Positions 28,105-38,356 are shown, numbered from the stretch's first letter. The stretch: DNA of 64,000 nt from Anaerolineae bacterium (GCA_030425205.1 JAUIAP010000016.1:55956-119955), one strand, 5' to 3'. Notes: generated by a model not told the origin, from the letters alone. Numbers and translations: made by a program.

Positions 28105-29499
28105 ATGGCTCAAGAATTTGATGTAGTCGTGATTGGTGCAGGCCCCGGCGGTTATGTGGCGGCGATTCGTGCAGCACAGTTGGGTTTGAAAACGGCAGTT
28201 GTGGAAAAAAAGTATTGGGGCGGTGTTTGCCTCAACATCGGCTGCATTCCAAGTAAGGCGTTGCTTTACAATGCAGAGTTGGCGAACATCTTCTCACAAC
28301 GGGCGAAAGAGTTTGGATTTTCCTATGATAACTTTTCGGCCGATTACAGTGTTGCCTTCAAACGCAGCCGCCAAACGTCCAACCGTCTCGTAAAAGGGAT
28401 CGGTCTCTTGATGCGTAAAAACAAGATTACCACCTTTGACGGTACGGCAACGTTAACGGGTAAAAACAGCGTTCAAGTCAGCCTCAACGACGGTGGTGAA
28501 GAGACGCTCAATGCCAAAAATATCATCATCTCAACGGGCGCACGCCCACGTGAGTTGCCCGGCATGGAGACAGATGGCGAGCGCGTCATCAGCTATATCC
28601 CGGCCATTATGAGCGAAAGCAATCCAGGAAAAGCGGTCATCGTGGGCGGTGGCGTGATCGGTGTTGAGTTCAGCTACATGTGGGCAAACTACGGCACAGA
28701 TGTCACCATCGTTGAGATGATGGATCGCATTCTGCCGCTGGAAGAACCGGAAGTCAGCAAGCTGCTCGCCAAAGAGTACAAGAAGATGGGCGTCAATCTC
28801 GAACTCGGCACAGTCGTCGAGAACATCGACAAGAGCGGTGAGAAAATGACGGTCACGCTCAAGAATGGCAAGGTGATCGAAGATGTCGATAAGGTGCTCG
28901 TCGCCGTCAGCTTCACGCCAAATGTCGAGAACATCGGATTAGATGCGGCAGGTGTTGAACTCAACGAACGCGGCATGGTCGGTGTCAACGACATGATGCA
29001 GACAAACGTAGACAACATCTACGCCATAGGTGACGTGACGGGTAAGTTGATGTTGGCGCATGTCGCCAGCGCGATGGGTCTCTTGGCGGCCGAGCATATC
29101 GCTGGTCATGAGGTGCAACCACTCGACCTCGACATGATGCCACGCGCCATCTACTGCCAGCCGCAAGTCGCCTCCTTCGGCTACACCGAAGCACAGGCAA
29201 AAGAGAAAGGGTATGAGATCAACGTCGGTCAATTCCCCTTTATCGCCAACGGCAAGGCACTCGGCACGGGTGACAAAGATGGTTTCGCCAAAATCATTTC
29301 GGATGCCAAGTATGGCGAAATTTTGGGCGCACACATCATCGGTCATAATGTGACAGAGCTGTTGCCTGAGCTGACGCTGGCACGCATGAATGAGTTAACG
29401 GCCGAAGAGATAGCCCGCAACGTCCACGCCCATCCAACGATGAGCGAGGCCATTATGGAAGCCGCACATGCCGTTGAAGGCGAAGCGATCCACATTTAG
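28105..29499 (+). CDS. lpdA: Dihydrolipoyl dehydrogenase
   Basis: GGAG lies upstream of the ATG at 28105. '[23 protein letters not shown]' is present, along with the redox-active '[16 protein letters not shown]' and the C-terminal 'HAHPTMSEA'. Confidence 0.95.
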   Translation: MAQEFDVVVIGAGPGGYVAAIRAAQLGLKTAVVEKKYWGGVCLNIGCIPSKALLYNAELANIFSQRAKEFGFSYDNFSADYSVAFKRSRQTSNRLVKGIGLLMRKNKITTFDGTATLTGKNSVQVSLNDGGEETLNAKNIIISTGARPRELPGMETDGERVISYIPAIMSESNPGKAVIVGGGVIGVEFSYMWANYGTDVTIVEMMDRILPLEEPEVSKLLAKEYKKMGVNLELGTVVENIDKSGEKMTVTLKNGKVIEDVDKVLVAVSFTPNVENIGLDAAGVELNERGMVGVNDMMQTNVDNIYAIGDVTGKLMLAHVASAMGLLAAEHIAGHEVQPLDLDMMPRAIYCQPQVASFGYTEAQAKEKGYEINVGQFPFIANGKALGTGDKDGFAKIISDAKYGEILGAHIIGHNVTELLPELTLARMNELTAEEIARNVHAHPTMSEAIMEAAHAVEGEAIHI

Positions 29500-29592
29500 T
29501 GGCTGTTTTCGCCAAGTTGCAACGCTTTGACTAGCGGGCAACGCCCTCGAAAGATAACGACTCTTTGAGGAATGGTATGGTTGTGCGCGATG

Positions 29593-29657
29593 GTATCGGG
29601 AAATCCAATTCCCGATACATGCCCACTCTGTGGTTCGGGAATTGGATTTCCCGAACC
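29593..29657. repeat. Twin hairpins, family C (20-nt core TCGGGAATTGGATTTCCCGA in opposite orientations)
   Basis: The first is GTATCGGGAA-ATCCAA-TTCCCGATAC (29593-29618). The second is GGTTCGGGAA-TTGGAT-TTCCCGAACC (29632-29657). The cores are exact reverse complements of each other. They lie about 95-160 nt downstream of lpdA. Confidence 0.8.
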
Positions 29658-29708
29658 TTTACCCCATGAATGCTCAGAGAGCCAAGATAACTTGCCGACT
29701 TGGCAACA

Positions 29709-29749
29709 GAACGGTTGACAGCAAAAAATGAACAGACTGTCAACCGTTC
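29709..29749. repeat. Perfect 13-bp stem hairpin (GAACGGTTGACAG / CTGTCAACCGTTC)
   Basis: The arms are at 29709-29721 and 29737-29749, with a 15-nt A-rich loop. It is intergenic, and its units are related to family B (TTGACAG). Confidence 0.75.
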
Positions 29750-29832
29750 CCACTTTTACTCCTCCGTTTGCCTTGCAGCGGGGGAGTTTGTTATTATGGC
29801 ACTCACACATTGAGTGGCAGTGACGTATCGCA

Positions 29833-31242
29833 ATGCGACATAGGCAGCAATCCTGTGTCGCTAAGAAACATTTGCGAAGATTGACAGCGCCCCCAGCGAT
29901 TAATAAATCGGCCGTTCCCGCAGCGGGTTATTCACGCAACCGCATGCCCTACGTGGTCACATTTTTTGTGATCGGTAGTTATCTGCTCGGTCGCAACTTT
30001 TTGGCAAATCCCGCAATCACAACCCCCGTCGCCATCGGACAAACGCTCGCCATCATGCTGGTAGCGTCATTGGCGATGCTATTCTCACGTACCCTGTTGT
30101 TTCTCATTGGGTTGGCGATGCTGGGGGCATTGCTGAATGGGCAGAGCGGTTTTGCGCTGGGTAGCTTGGGAGCGGTGTTGTGGCTGCTGGGTGGCAGCGT
30201 CGCCTTTTTGGTGACGTTGAGCTACTATGCCCGCTTTATTGCGCCTCCCCTCAACAGCGATCAAAACAGAACGACGTGGCTGGGATTCTTGTTGCTCATT
30301 CAACATGCGTTGCGCGAGTGGTATATCGAACTTCGGCCGATTCGCCATGTCCCCCCAAACGTCCCACAGAGCTTTAATGCGGTAAAGGCGGGTGAAATTC
30401 CCACCCATCAGGCGTATGCCATCTATCAAGGGCAGAATTTTCATGCGGCGGCTGGGCCGGGCTACACGATGTTGCAACGCAAAGACCGAATTCAGGCAAT
30501 CGTTGATGTCCGAACGCAAAGCCGCGCCGAAAAGTTCAGCGCAACAACCCGCGACGGCATCCCTATCGAAACAACGGTGCGGGTCAATTTTCACGTCTTC
30601 CGCAGCCAACAGGAGGCGGAGGCCGCTAGCGGCGCGGTGCCGGTCGAACCAAGCGATGAAGAAGATCGACGTGCCTTCCCTTATTGGTCTGTAGCAATCG
30701 GAAAAGTGCAGTATGGTATTGCCGTGCAGCAATTGCACAAAGAGGTGACCGTTCACCCATTTACACAGGTGTTGCCACGTGCGATCATCTATGCGACGGA
30801 GCTGTTTTCTGAGAAAAAGCTGGATGATCTGCTCGACTTAGATGTTGAAACACCTGCGCTCACCATCATTACGGAACAGATTCATCTGCGCCTACAAGCC
30901 TACTTCGTGGAGCGGGGCTTGAAAATTGCGTCGGTCACGTTGCTGCCCTTAATTCTGCCCGATAAGGTGCAGGAGGCGCGGCTCAATGCGTGGCGCGGCA
31001 GTTGGAAGCGTCCCCTCGATGAGCGGGGTCTTGGCACGGGCATTCGGCCGCTTTCACCAGAAATGGCGGCTGACCAAATAGAGGTGATCCAAGAGTTGAT
31101 GAACAATCTCGAAACGCTCAACGAGATGGGCGAGAATTTACCGATGCGCGACGAGATCATGGCGCGTGTGCGGGCGGTCATCACAGACGCGGCAACCGAG
31201 GGGTTGATCGAATCTCTGTTGCCCCCCGCCAAGAAGAAATAA
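29833..31242 (+). CDS. Polytopic membrane protein with SPFH/band-7-like domain
   Basis: Several N-terminal TM helices are present. 'RIQAIVDVRTQSRAEKFSATTRDGIPIETTVRVNFHV' and 'GLKIASVTLLPLILPDKVQEA' resemble the SPFH core. The start is uncertain (ATG 29833 or 29944). The stop overlaps the next start as TAATG. Confidence 0.55.
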   Translation: MRHRQQSCVAKKHLRRLTAPPAINKSAVPAAGYSRNRMPYVVTFFVIGSYLLGRNFLANPAITTPVAIGQTLAIMLVASLAMLFSRTLLFLIGLAMLGALLNGQSGFALGSLGAVLWLLGGSVAFLVTLSYYARFIAPPLNSDQNRTTWLGFLLLIQHALREWYIELRPIRHVPPNVPQSFNAVKAGEIPTHQAYAIYQGQNFHAAAGPGYTMLQRKDRIQAIVDVRTQSRAEKFSATTRDGIPIETTVRVNFHVFRSQQEAEAASGAVPVEPSDEEDRRAFPYWSVAIGKVQYGIAVQQLHKEVTVHPFTQVLPRAIIYATELFSEKKLDDLLDLDVETPALTIITEQIHLRLQAYFVERGLKIASVTLLPLILPDKVQEARLNAWRGSWKRPLDERGLGTGIRPLSPEMAADQIEVIQELMNNLETLNEMGENLPMRDEIMARVRAVITDAATEGLIESLLPPAKKK

Positions 31243-32759
31243 TGCGCGAGCGAACGATTTTTCGGCCGAAATCAATTCGCGGCATCACGCTGGCACTGTT
31301 GGTGGTTGCATTGCTGCTCTACTGGCTGGCTGCGCGTGCCGTGCAGGGGATCAACCTCAGCCTCAATCCACCCCAATGGCTCGATACCGTTCGCAACGCC
31401 TTCCCCCTTTTCGACACATTTTTTCCCGTTATCTATTTCGTTTCTGAGCTGTTGCATTGGTCTGTCATTCGCCACTTCATTCCGCTTGCGATTGGGGTGA
31501 GATTGGCCCACAACATCGCGCTCGATCTCGTCCATCAGCTCTATGATCTCCCTGATCGCAAAGATGCGCGTCATCTCCTGAGCCGTTTACACGGTCGGAT
31601 GCCTCCGTTTCAAAAACCACTGGCTATCAATAGACTCAAGTTTTCCGAACAGCGCGTCGAAGAAGAGTTGTTACGTGTCGGTGGTCCGGGACTCGTCACC
31701 CTGTCAGAAAGTGATGCCGCAGTGACCGAAATAAACGGCCGATTTGAGCGCGTCATACCGCCTGGTCGACAGAAACTACGCCGTTTTGAGAAGATCGTCG
31801 CCGTGATCGATCTGCGCGAACAGGAGCGATTTGAGCGTAACGTCACGCTCGTCACAAAAGAGGGATTAGAGCTGACAACCGATGTGTATGTCAACTTTCG
31901 TATCCAAGGGCGTTCTGAACATGCAGGACGTATCGGATACTCCGTGAACGACGAAGCGGTGCGCAAGGCGGCCTATAACACGACCAACTCTGAATTTGGG
32001 GCATCTCGCTGGGACAACGCACCACTGCCCATCGCGTCGGGCGTGTTGCGCGGCATCGTTGGGAGAATGAAGTTGCAAGATTTGATCGATCCCAATCTGG
32101 CATTGGAAGGTGCGCCCCAACCCGGCGTACAGCGCGATATGGAACGCACGTTGCGGGGTATCCTGCGCAGCATGGGGATTGAGCTGCTCGACGCACGCAT
32201 CACGGCATTCAAAATGGGTGACGTAATGCGCGATACGTTGGTCGATTATTATAAGGGCTTTACACGCCATAGCAATCTGAGCCCGCACGATCCCAATGCG
32301 GATAGTACGACCGCACGGCGCAAGCGGATGCGCGATAAGATGATCAACAGCATCGCAGCGGGGATGGAGAACCTGCGTGAAGATCGCACCGTGATGCCGC
32401 GTACAACGATGCGCCATCTCTCCCAACGTGAGACACTGGGGCAGAACAATCAACTGACGATGGTGCAGATGATGGGCCTGATGCAGCAGATGTTGCAACA
32501 GCTTCCACAATCCAAATGGGCGAACGATCCATCTCTCATGTCCGAACTCACCCAGCGGTTTAGCGTGTTACAAGACAAAGTTGATGAGCCAAAACGACTC
32601 GACTCTCCGCACTTGCAGATCACGAAAAACGAGGATAACACGTCTCCCGCGCATGAAACGGTTTTCGACGAATCTTTGTCACTCGATGATGAAGTACAGC
32701 GGTTACGTGCGGAAAATCAGCGTCTACGCGATGAATTGGATTCGCTAAACGAGTTTTAA
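31242..32759 (+). CDS. Membrane protein with SPFH/band-7-like domain and C-terminal coiled coil
   Basis: The TM region is 'GITLALLVVALLLYWL'. 'KIVAVIDLREQERFERNVTLVTKEGLELTTDVYVNFRIQ' and 'GIELLDARITAFKMGDVMRDTL' fit SPFH. The C-terminus is 'DDEVQRLRAENQRLRDELDSL'. Confidence 0.55.
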   Translation: MRERTIFRPKSIRGITLALLVVALLLYWLAARAVQGINLSLNPPQWLDTVRNAFPLFDTFFPVIYFVSELLHWSVIRHFIPLAIGVRLAHNIALDLVHQLYDLPDRKDARHLLSRLHGRMPPFQKPLAINRLKFSEQRVEEELLRVGGPGLVTLSESDAAVTEINGRFERVIPPGRQKLRRFEKIVAVIDLREQERFERNVTLVTKEGLELTTDVYVNFRIQGRSEHAGRIGYSVNDEAVRKAAYNTTNSEFGASRWDNAPLPIASGVLRGIVGRMKLQDLIDPNLALEGAPQPGVQRDMERTLRGILRSMGIELLDARITAFKMGDVMRDTLVDYYKGFTRHSNLSPHDPNADSTTARRKRMRDKMINSIAAGMENLREDRTVMPRTTMRHLSQRETLGQNNQLTMVQMMGLMQQMLQQLPQSKWANDPSLMSELTQRFSVLQDKVDEPKRLDSPHLQITKNEDNTSPAHETVFDESLSLDDEVQRLRAENQRLRDELDSLNEF

Positions 32760-32761
32760 CT

Positions 32762-33691
32762 ATGGATGAACATGTGCTTGTCATCGGGGCGATGCTGCTC
32801 GACACAAAGGGAACCCCAACACAGGGCTTGGAGCCAAACGTCTCAAATTCGGCCGAAATTCGCAACGCACGTGGCGGAACTGCCCGTAATGTCGCTGAAA
32901 ATCTCGCGCTGCTCGGCACAGAAGTCTGCCTCATTTCGGCGGTTGGCGATGACATCAGTGGTCGTCGTCTGCTCGCGCAAACGGCTGCCGCCAACGTCAA
33001 CACCGAACACGTGCGCGTCATCCCAAATGCCAACACAGGCTCCTATCTCGCCATTCTCGCACCCGATGGCACGCTCTCCGTCGCCCTGACAGATACTCGT
33101 GTGATGGAACACGTCACGCCCGACTATCTCTATCGCAACCGCCAGCTTTTCCGCAATGCCTCACTGATCTTCTTTGATGGCAGCCTGCACGAACACGCCA
33201 TCGCCGTCATTCTCTATCTGGCCGAACTCTATGGCGTGCCTGTTTGCGCCGACCCATCTTCTCGACGACTTGTGCATAAGCTCAAGCCACATCTCGCCCA
33301 TTTTGCGCTGGCTGTGCCGAGTGAAGGGGAAGCGGCCGAGCTATGTGGGAATCAATTCGAAGGGTATAACGTCGAAACGAGTTTGGAAATGGCGCAAAAA
33401 CTCAACAAGTTAGGCGTTCGCATTGCCGTGGTCACGCTCTCGGATTTTGGATTTGTCTATGCGAGCGAGTGGGAGAGCGGCCATTTTCCCGCCAAAAACA
33501 GCACAATTGTCGATTCAACAGGCACGGGGGATGCGATTGCGGCGGCGATTATGTATGGATTTTTGGAGCAGTTGCCGCTGACGGAGTGTATGCGTTTGGG
33601 GGCGGCGGCGGCGGGGTTGACGCTGCAATCGGCCGAATCGGTCGTCCCCAACCTGACGCTTGATCTGCTGTACGACTATCTTTACGTTTAA
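32762..33691 (+). CDS. PfkB-family carbohydrate/nucleoside kinase
   Basis: 'VLVIGAMLLDTKG', 'GGTARNVAENLALLG' and 'DSTGTGDAIAAAIMYG' (the PfkB signature 2 region) are present. The gene starts 2 nt after the upstream stop. Confidence 0.85.
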   Translation: MDEHVLVIGAMLLDTKGTPTQGLEPNVSNSAEIRNARGGTARNVAENLALLGTEVCLISAVGDDISGRRLLAQTAAANVNTEHVRVIPNANTGSYLAILAPDGTLSVALTDTRVMEHVTPDYLYRNRQLFRNASLIFFDGSLHEHAIAVILYLAELYGVPVCADPSSRRLVHKLKPHLAHFALAVPSEGEAAELCGNQFEGYNVETSLEMAQKLNKLGVRIAVVTLSDFGFVYASEWESGHFPAKNSTIVDSTGTGDAIAAAIMYGFLEQLPLTECMRLGAAAAGLTLQSAESVVPNLTLDLLYDYLYV

Positions 33692-33720
33692 GAATCTTCA
33701 CCCTTAGGGGGTGTGGCTAC

Positions 33721-35058
33721 TTACGGAACAGCCTCCAACGTTCGTCCTCCCTCTAAACCCGTCAGCGCATTCAAAAACGCCAGCAAATCATTAAACTCTG
33801 CGCCCGTCAGCGAAGGCGGATTCGCGGCATAGTCGCTCAGCGTGCGCGCCATCAGGCGATAGGTGTAGCTGTCCGTATTGAGCGTATTGGCAAGGCCGTT
33901 GGGGAGATGGCTGGGGTCATAGCTGTTGAGCATATCCTGTGCATCGAGGTGATGGCGCACAGCTTCGGTGAGCGTTGGATAGGTTCCATTGTGCATGTAG
34001 GGCGCGGTCATGGCCACATTGCGCAAGGGGGGCGTGCGGAAGCGGAAGTAGTCACGGGGATCTTCGGTGATGTTATATCGGCCGAAATTGACCTCCTCAC
34101 CAATCTGCGGCACGGCAATGTTATGGAACGCACCATCGCTAAACGACGCGCCCGCATGACAGGATGCACAGCCGGCATCGCCAAAAAAGAGCAGCGCACC
34201 CCGTTTTTCCGCATCGGAGAGCGCGTCCCGCTCGCCAGCCACAAAGCGATCCCAATCTGAGTTGACGGTGGCAAAGGACGCAACTTGATAGGCCGCCAGC
34301 GCGTTGCCGATATGTGCGGCAGAAATGGCTGGATCGGCGGGATAGGCGGCGGCGAACTGTTCTTGATAGGTCGGCATGGCCGCCAGCCGGGTGACGATGC
34401 CCGCCCAGATTGCTGTGTAATCACTGTCGTCAATTGGGGCAAGTTCGCTGTTGTTGCCACGCATCACATTGCGTTCCGCGAGGTGAATCAGCGCTTGCGC
34501 GGCGAGCAGATTGTCGATTGTCGTGGGGAGTTGCCCATTGGCGGAGGTGCTGAAACCGTCGGTAAATGAGATTGCGCCGTCCCAGTGCAGGGTTTCGGCC
34601 GAATCTAACCCAAACAGCGGCGGCACATTGACATCAAGATACCCATTTGTGCCAATCGCCAACGGCGTGCTATCCGTCGTGTTAAGCAGCGGATGGTGGC
34701 ATGTGGCACAGGACAAGTTGCGATTTCCGCTTAGCTCAGTTTCAAAAAAGAGTGACCTGCCCAGTCTGATCTCGGCTTCATTGGGCGTGGTGGGGGACAC
34801 GAGCGGCGCAATCCCCTCTTCATCCAAGATCCCATAGAGGGCGGCGGTCAGCTCTGTTGACGGGGTGCGTGGAACGGTCAGCGTTTGTAAGCGACTTGGC
34901 ACGCCATGCGTTGCGATTAGAAGACCAGCGATGAACAAGACGAAAAATCCCGCGATGATGATGAGTAGGCCGACGCGCTGCAAAAAGTCGAGGGTGCGAA
35001 ACAGTTTGACGCGCGTCTGGGGTTCAAGACGGCGGGATGGTTGGGCAGATAGACTCAT
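33721..35058 (-). CDS. Di-haem cytochrome c peroxidase (CCP/MauG family), membrane-anchored
   Basis: Two CxxCH motifs are present ('CATCHH' and 'CASCHAG'). The N-terminal TM helix is 'LLIIIAGFFVLFIAGLLIA'. 'PPLRNVAMTAPYMHNG' is typical of CCP. Confidence 0.85.
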   Translation of the reverse strand: MSLSAQPSRRLEPQTRVKLFRTLDFLQRVGLLIIIAGFFVLFIAGLLIATHGVPSRLQTLTVPRTPSTELTAALYGILDEEGIAPLVSPTTPNEAEIRLGRSLFFETELSGNRNLSCATCHHPLLNTTDSTPLAIGTNGYLDVNVPPLFGLDSAETLHWDGAISFTDGFSTSANGQLPTTIDNLLAAQALIHLAERNVMRGNNSELAPIDDSDYTAIWAGIVTRLAAMPTYQEQFAAAYPADPAISAAHIGNALAAYQVASFATVNSDWDRFVAGERDALSDAEKRGALLFFGDAGCASCHAGASFSDGAFHNIAVPQIGEEVNFGRYNITEDPRDYFRFRTPPLRNVAMTAPYMHNGTYPTLTEAVRHHLDAQDMLNSYDPSHLPNGLANTLNTDSYTYRLMARTLSDYAANPPSLTGAEFNDLLAFLNALTGLEGGRTLEAVP

Positions 35059-35244
35059 ACAGTAAACCTCTAGTACTACGGTACTAATACAACAGCTAAA
35101 GGCTAGGTGTGCAATCTTGCGGCCTTTCTTACGATGGCGTGAATAGTACAGGGGGAAACAGAAGCTGAGCGATGCGATTGTTATAATAAGCGCGGAAAGA
35201 GAATTTCTATTTGCAGTACGAACAATTTATTTCGGAGGTTTTGT

Positions 35245-36882
35245 ATGACCGACTCTGTACAGGTGCGTGGTGAACCGCTGCGTTCGGCCGAATTGCCCGC
35301 AACCCTGCCGCATGATGCACCATTAACCCGCCGCATGGCTCCCCCGCCCATCCCCATTATCGCCCTCAATCGTATGGCGTATGGCATCACCGAAGCTGAC
35401 CTTGCCCACTTCAACAGCTTGGGCAATAGTGATGAAGAACGGCTTGCCGCCTATGTCGATGAACAACTCGACCCGGCCAACATCGATGACAGCGATTACG
35501 AAAATCGTCTCGTCAACACCAATTGGATCACCCACAACTTAACGACCGAGCAACTTTGGATCGACTATCGGCGCGACTTTGCGGGGGAAACCAATTCAGC
35601 ATTGCCGCTCGATGAGCTACGACGGTTGGCACTGCTCCGTGCTGTTTACAGCAAACGCCAACTGCAAGCGGTCATGGTCGATTTCTGGCACAACCATTTT
35701 AACGTGCATGGCCCACAATTTATTATTCGTTCGATGATTATGGCGTATGACCGCGACGTGATGGTTCCCAATGCGTTTGGCAACTTCCGCACATTTCTTG
35801 AGGCGGTCGGCACAAATGTGTCAATGCTTTACTATCTCGACAACTACACCAATTCATCAGGTGGCCCCAATGAAAATTACGCTCGCGAGCTGTTTGAGCT
35901 ACATGGATTGGGTGAAGAAAACTATCTCGGCGCAGGCATTCGCCAACATGAGGTGGCCGGTTATCCCGACAACCCCGTTGGTTATGTCGATGATGATGTC
36001 TACGAGGCGACCCGCTGCTTTACAGGCTGGACGCTCAGCAACAGCACGAATAATCCGACAATTGGCGATACGGGTGAATTTTACTATCGTGACGATTGGC
36101 ATGATCGTTTCCAAAAGCAGGTGTTGGGTGAGTATATTCCTGCCAATCAAGCACCGCTGGCAGACGGCAAAAAGGTTTACGATTTGCTCGCCGGCCATCC
36201 GGGAACGGCGCGCTATATCTGTCGCAAGTTGTGTCGGCGGTTCATTTCGGATGATCCTGACGAGAGTTTGGTGCAGGCGGCGGCCGATGTTTTTCTGGCG
36301 CAAAAGGATGCCCCCGACCAGATTGCACAGGTGTTGCGCTATATTTTGAATTCGGCCGAATTTCGCACCACCTTCGGCACAAAGGTTAAGCGTCCATTTG
36401 AAGGCTTGGCCGCCCAACTGCGTGCGACCAATGCCAACATCAATCTCGACATTGGCGATAGCGACGGCAACACCATCATCTATCGCCTTGACGATGCGGG
36501 ACATCAACTGTTCGATTGGCCTGCTCCCAATGGCTACCCCGATGTGGCAGGCTATTGGCTCAACACGACTTCGATCTACAAACGCTGGCGGCTGTTCAAC
36601 TGGTTGATGAGTGACCGCGATCAAGACGACAACTTCCACATGGACATCGTTGGGGAAACACCCACAGATTCCACGAGTGCGGAAGGGTTGACCGATTATT
36701 GGATCGGCCGAATTTTTGGCTACACGCTCCCAGATGCGGAGCGTCAAGAGTTCATCGACTTCATGGCGGCTGGCTACAACCCAACCTACAACCTGCCCAT
36801 CGCTACAAACGAAGAAACGGCCGAACGGCTACGCGCCCTCGTTGGTCTCATGTTTATGTCGCCGAGCTTTCTATTGCGCTAA
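35245..36882 (+). CDS. DUF1800 family protein
   Basis: GGAGG lies upstream of the ATG. 'VMVDFWHNHFNV', 'YLDNYTNS' and 'NENYARELFELHGLG' are hallmark DUF1800 motifs. Confidence 0.85.
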   Translation: MTDSVQVRGEPLRSAELPATLPHDAPLTRRMAPPPIPIIALNRMAYGITEADLAHFNSLGNSDEERLAAYVDEQLDPANIDDSDYENRLVNTNWITHNLTTEQLWIDYRRDFAGETNSALPLDELRRLALLRAVYSKRQLQAVMVDFWHNHFNVHGPQFIIRSMIMAYDRDVMVPNAFGNFRTFLEAVGTNVSMLYYLDNYTNSSGGPNENYARELFELHGLGEENYLGAGIRQHEVAGYPDNPVGYVDDDVYEATRCFTGWTLSNSTNNPTIGDTGEFYYRDDWHDRFQKQVLGEYIPANQAPLADGKKVYDLLAGHPGTARYICRKLCRRFISDDPDESLVQAAADVFLAQKDAPDQIAQVLRYILNSAEFRTTFGTKVKRPFEGLAAQLRATNANINLDIGDSDGNTIIYRLDDAGHQLFDWPAPNGYPDVAGYWLNTTSIYKRWRLFNWLMSDRDQDDNFHMDIVGETPTDSTSAEGLTDYWIGRIFGYTLPDAERQEFIDFMAAGYNPTYNLPIATNEETAERLRALVGLMFMSPSFLLR

Positions 36883-36926
36883 ATCGGATCGAGGTTCCAA
36901 ATTGAAACCTCGTTTGTGGAGAACTC

Positions 36927-38351
36927 ATGTCACAACTATCACGACGCGGATTCCTCAAGGGATGTTCCGCAGCTATTGCCGCCATGAGCGGCGCAACCTT
37001 TCAGGGAGCCGTTTTTGGCAACCCTGAAGACGAACCAAATCAAGACATCTTAATCACTGTTTTCCTGCGTGGGGGCGCAGATGTCCTCAACATCATTCCA
37101 CCCATCGGCGGCGATGATCGCGGGCTTTACGAGCTGGCGCGTGAAGATATTGCCATCCCAACGACAGGCGATCTGGCCGCGCTGCAACTCGGCAGCAGCG
37201 CATTTGGCTTGCACAACAGCATGGGCGCACTGCACGAACTGTATGGCGATGGCAAACTCGCCATCGTCCAAGCGACAGGCATGCACCAAGACACGCGCAG
37301 CCATTTTGAAGCGATGTCGATGATCGAACTCGGGACACCGGGTGCAAAAAGCACCGTTAGCGGCTGGATGGCACGCCATTTTGAGAGCGCAACAAATCTT
37401 CCATCCACCATTCTCATGCCCGCTCTTGCCATGGGCAGCAGCGCACCGACCGCCTTTGCAACGAGCAACGAGGTGGTCGCCATGGATACGACCGACAGCT
37501 TTAGTCTCGACGGCCATTGGCGTTGGCGCGATGCTCAGCGGGCCGCCTTGCGTCGTCTCTACGCCATGGACAGTGGGCAAATCCACAGCGCAGGCCTTCA
37601 GGCGATGAATGGGGCTGACTTGATCAATCTCAACGCGCAAGGCGGCTACACGCCAGAAGCGGGGGTCGTTTATCCAGATAACTCGTTCGGCCGACATTTG
37701 CAAACCATCGCTCAAATGGTCAAGCTGCAACTGGGGCTGCGGATGGCGACTGTCGATCTCGGCGGGTGGGACACGCACGACGGACAAGGCAGCGACGGCG
37801 GGGGCTACTTCTATGATCTGCTGGCGACGCTTTCAGCGGGCTTGTCCGCCTTCTACAACGATCTCAACGTCTCGGGGCGTGCCAACTATACAGATCGGGT
37901 GACGGTGGTGGTGATGAGCGAATTCGGCCGAAGATTGCGCCAAAACGCAGATGAGGGAACCGACCACGGCCACGGTGGTGCGATGTTTGTGTTGGGTGGG
38001 CAGGTCAACGGCGGTCTCTATGGCACATGGCCGGGCTTGGCGACCGAGAACCTCTATGACAACGCCGATCTCGCCGTCACGACCGACTATCGTCAAGTGC
38101 TCAGCGAACTGCTGATCCGTCGCCTCGAAAATCCCAATCTCGGCTATGTCTTCCCTGACTACACCGACTATTCACCGCTGGGGATTGTGCAAGGGGCGGA
38201 TATGGAGCCAGTTTATAGTTCTGTTCCCACAGCGGTTGATTTGCGGGCGGTGCAATCATCAGCAGGGGCGGCTGGCAAAGTGGCGACGGTGGCGGGGGTT
38301 GGATTGGCGGCAACGGCGGGGCTGGTTGCGTTGCGCGAGCGGGGGGCGTAA
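36927..38351 (+). CDS. DUF1501 family protein (sulfatase-like fold) with Tat signal
   Basis: The twin-arginine leader is 'SRRGFLKGCSAAIAAMSG'. 'GGWDTHD', 'VVMSEFGRR' and 'GTDHGHGG' are present. The gene pairs with the upstream DUF1800 gene, as is typical. Confidence 0.88.
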   Translation: MSQLSRRGFLKGCSAAIAAMSGATFQGAVFGNPEDEPNQDILITVFLRGGADVLNIIPPIGGDDRGLYELAREDIAIPTTGDLAALQLGSSAFGLHNSMGALHELYGDGKLAIVQATGMHQDTRSHFEAMSMIELGTPGAKSTVSGWMARHFESATNLPSTILMPALAMGSSAPTAFATSNEVVAMDTTDSFSLDGHWRWRDAQRAALRRLYAMDSGQIHSAGLQAMNGADLINLNAQGGYTPEAGVVYPDNSFGRHLQTIAQMVKLQLGLRMATVDLGGWDTHDGQGSDGGGYFYDLLATLSAGLSAFYNDLNVSGRANYTDRVTVVVMSEFGRRLRQNADEGTDHGHGGAMFVLGGQVNGGLYGTWPGLATENLYDNADLAVTTDYRQVLSELLIRRLENPNLGYVFPDYTDYSPLGIVQGADMEPVYSSVPTAVDLRAVQSSAGAAGKVATVAGVGLAATAGLVALRERGA

Positions 38352-38356
38352 ATAAA

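Noticed and set aside
27938-28177. An 80-aa N-terminal extension of the SH3b-protein ORF overlapping the lpdA start
   Set aside because: The extension has a His/Ser/Asn-rich non-protein-like composition. It would overlap lpdA and its RBS, and the internal Met at 27937 begins directly with a TM helix.
29496-29810. 104-aa and 70-aa minus-strand ORFs in the lpdA-downstream spacer
   Set aside because: They run through three hairpin repeats (29593-29657, 29709-29749). They have no RBS and no protein-like features, so I treat the region as non-coding structured DNA/RNA.
30085-37787. Long antisense ORFs inside real genes (for example 30085-30756, 31866-32510, 35899-36747, 37050-37787; similarly 41064-41648 and 60180-60812)
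   Set aside because: These are typical GC-rich shadow ORFs with Arg/Ala/Gly/His-rich composition and no motifs. Each is fully contained in a gene with strong family signatures on the other strand.
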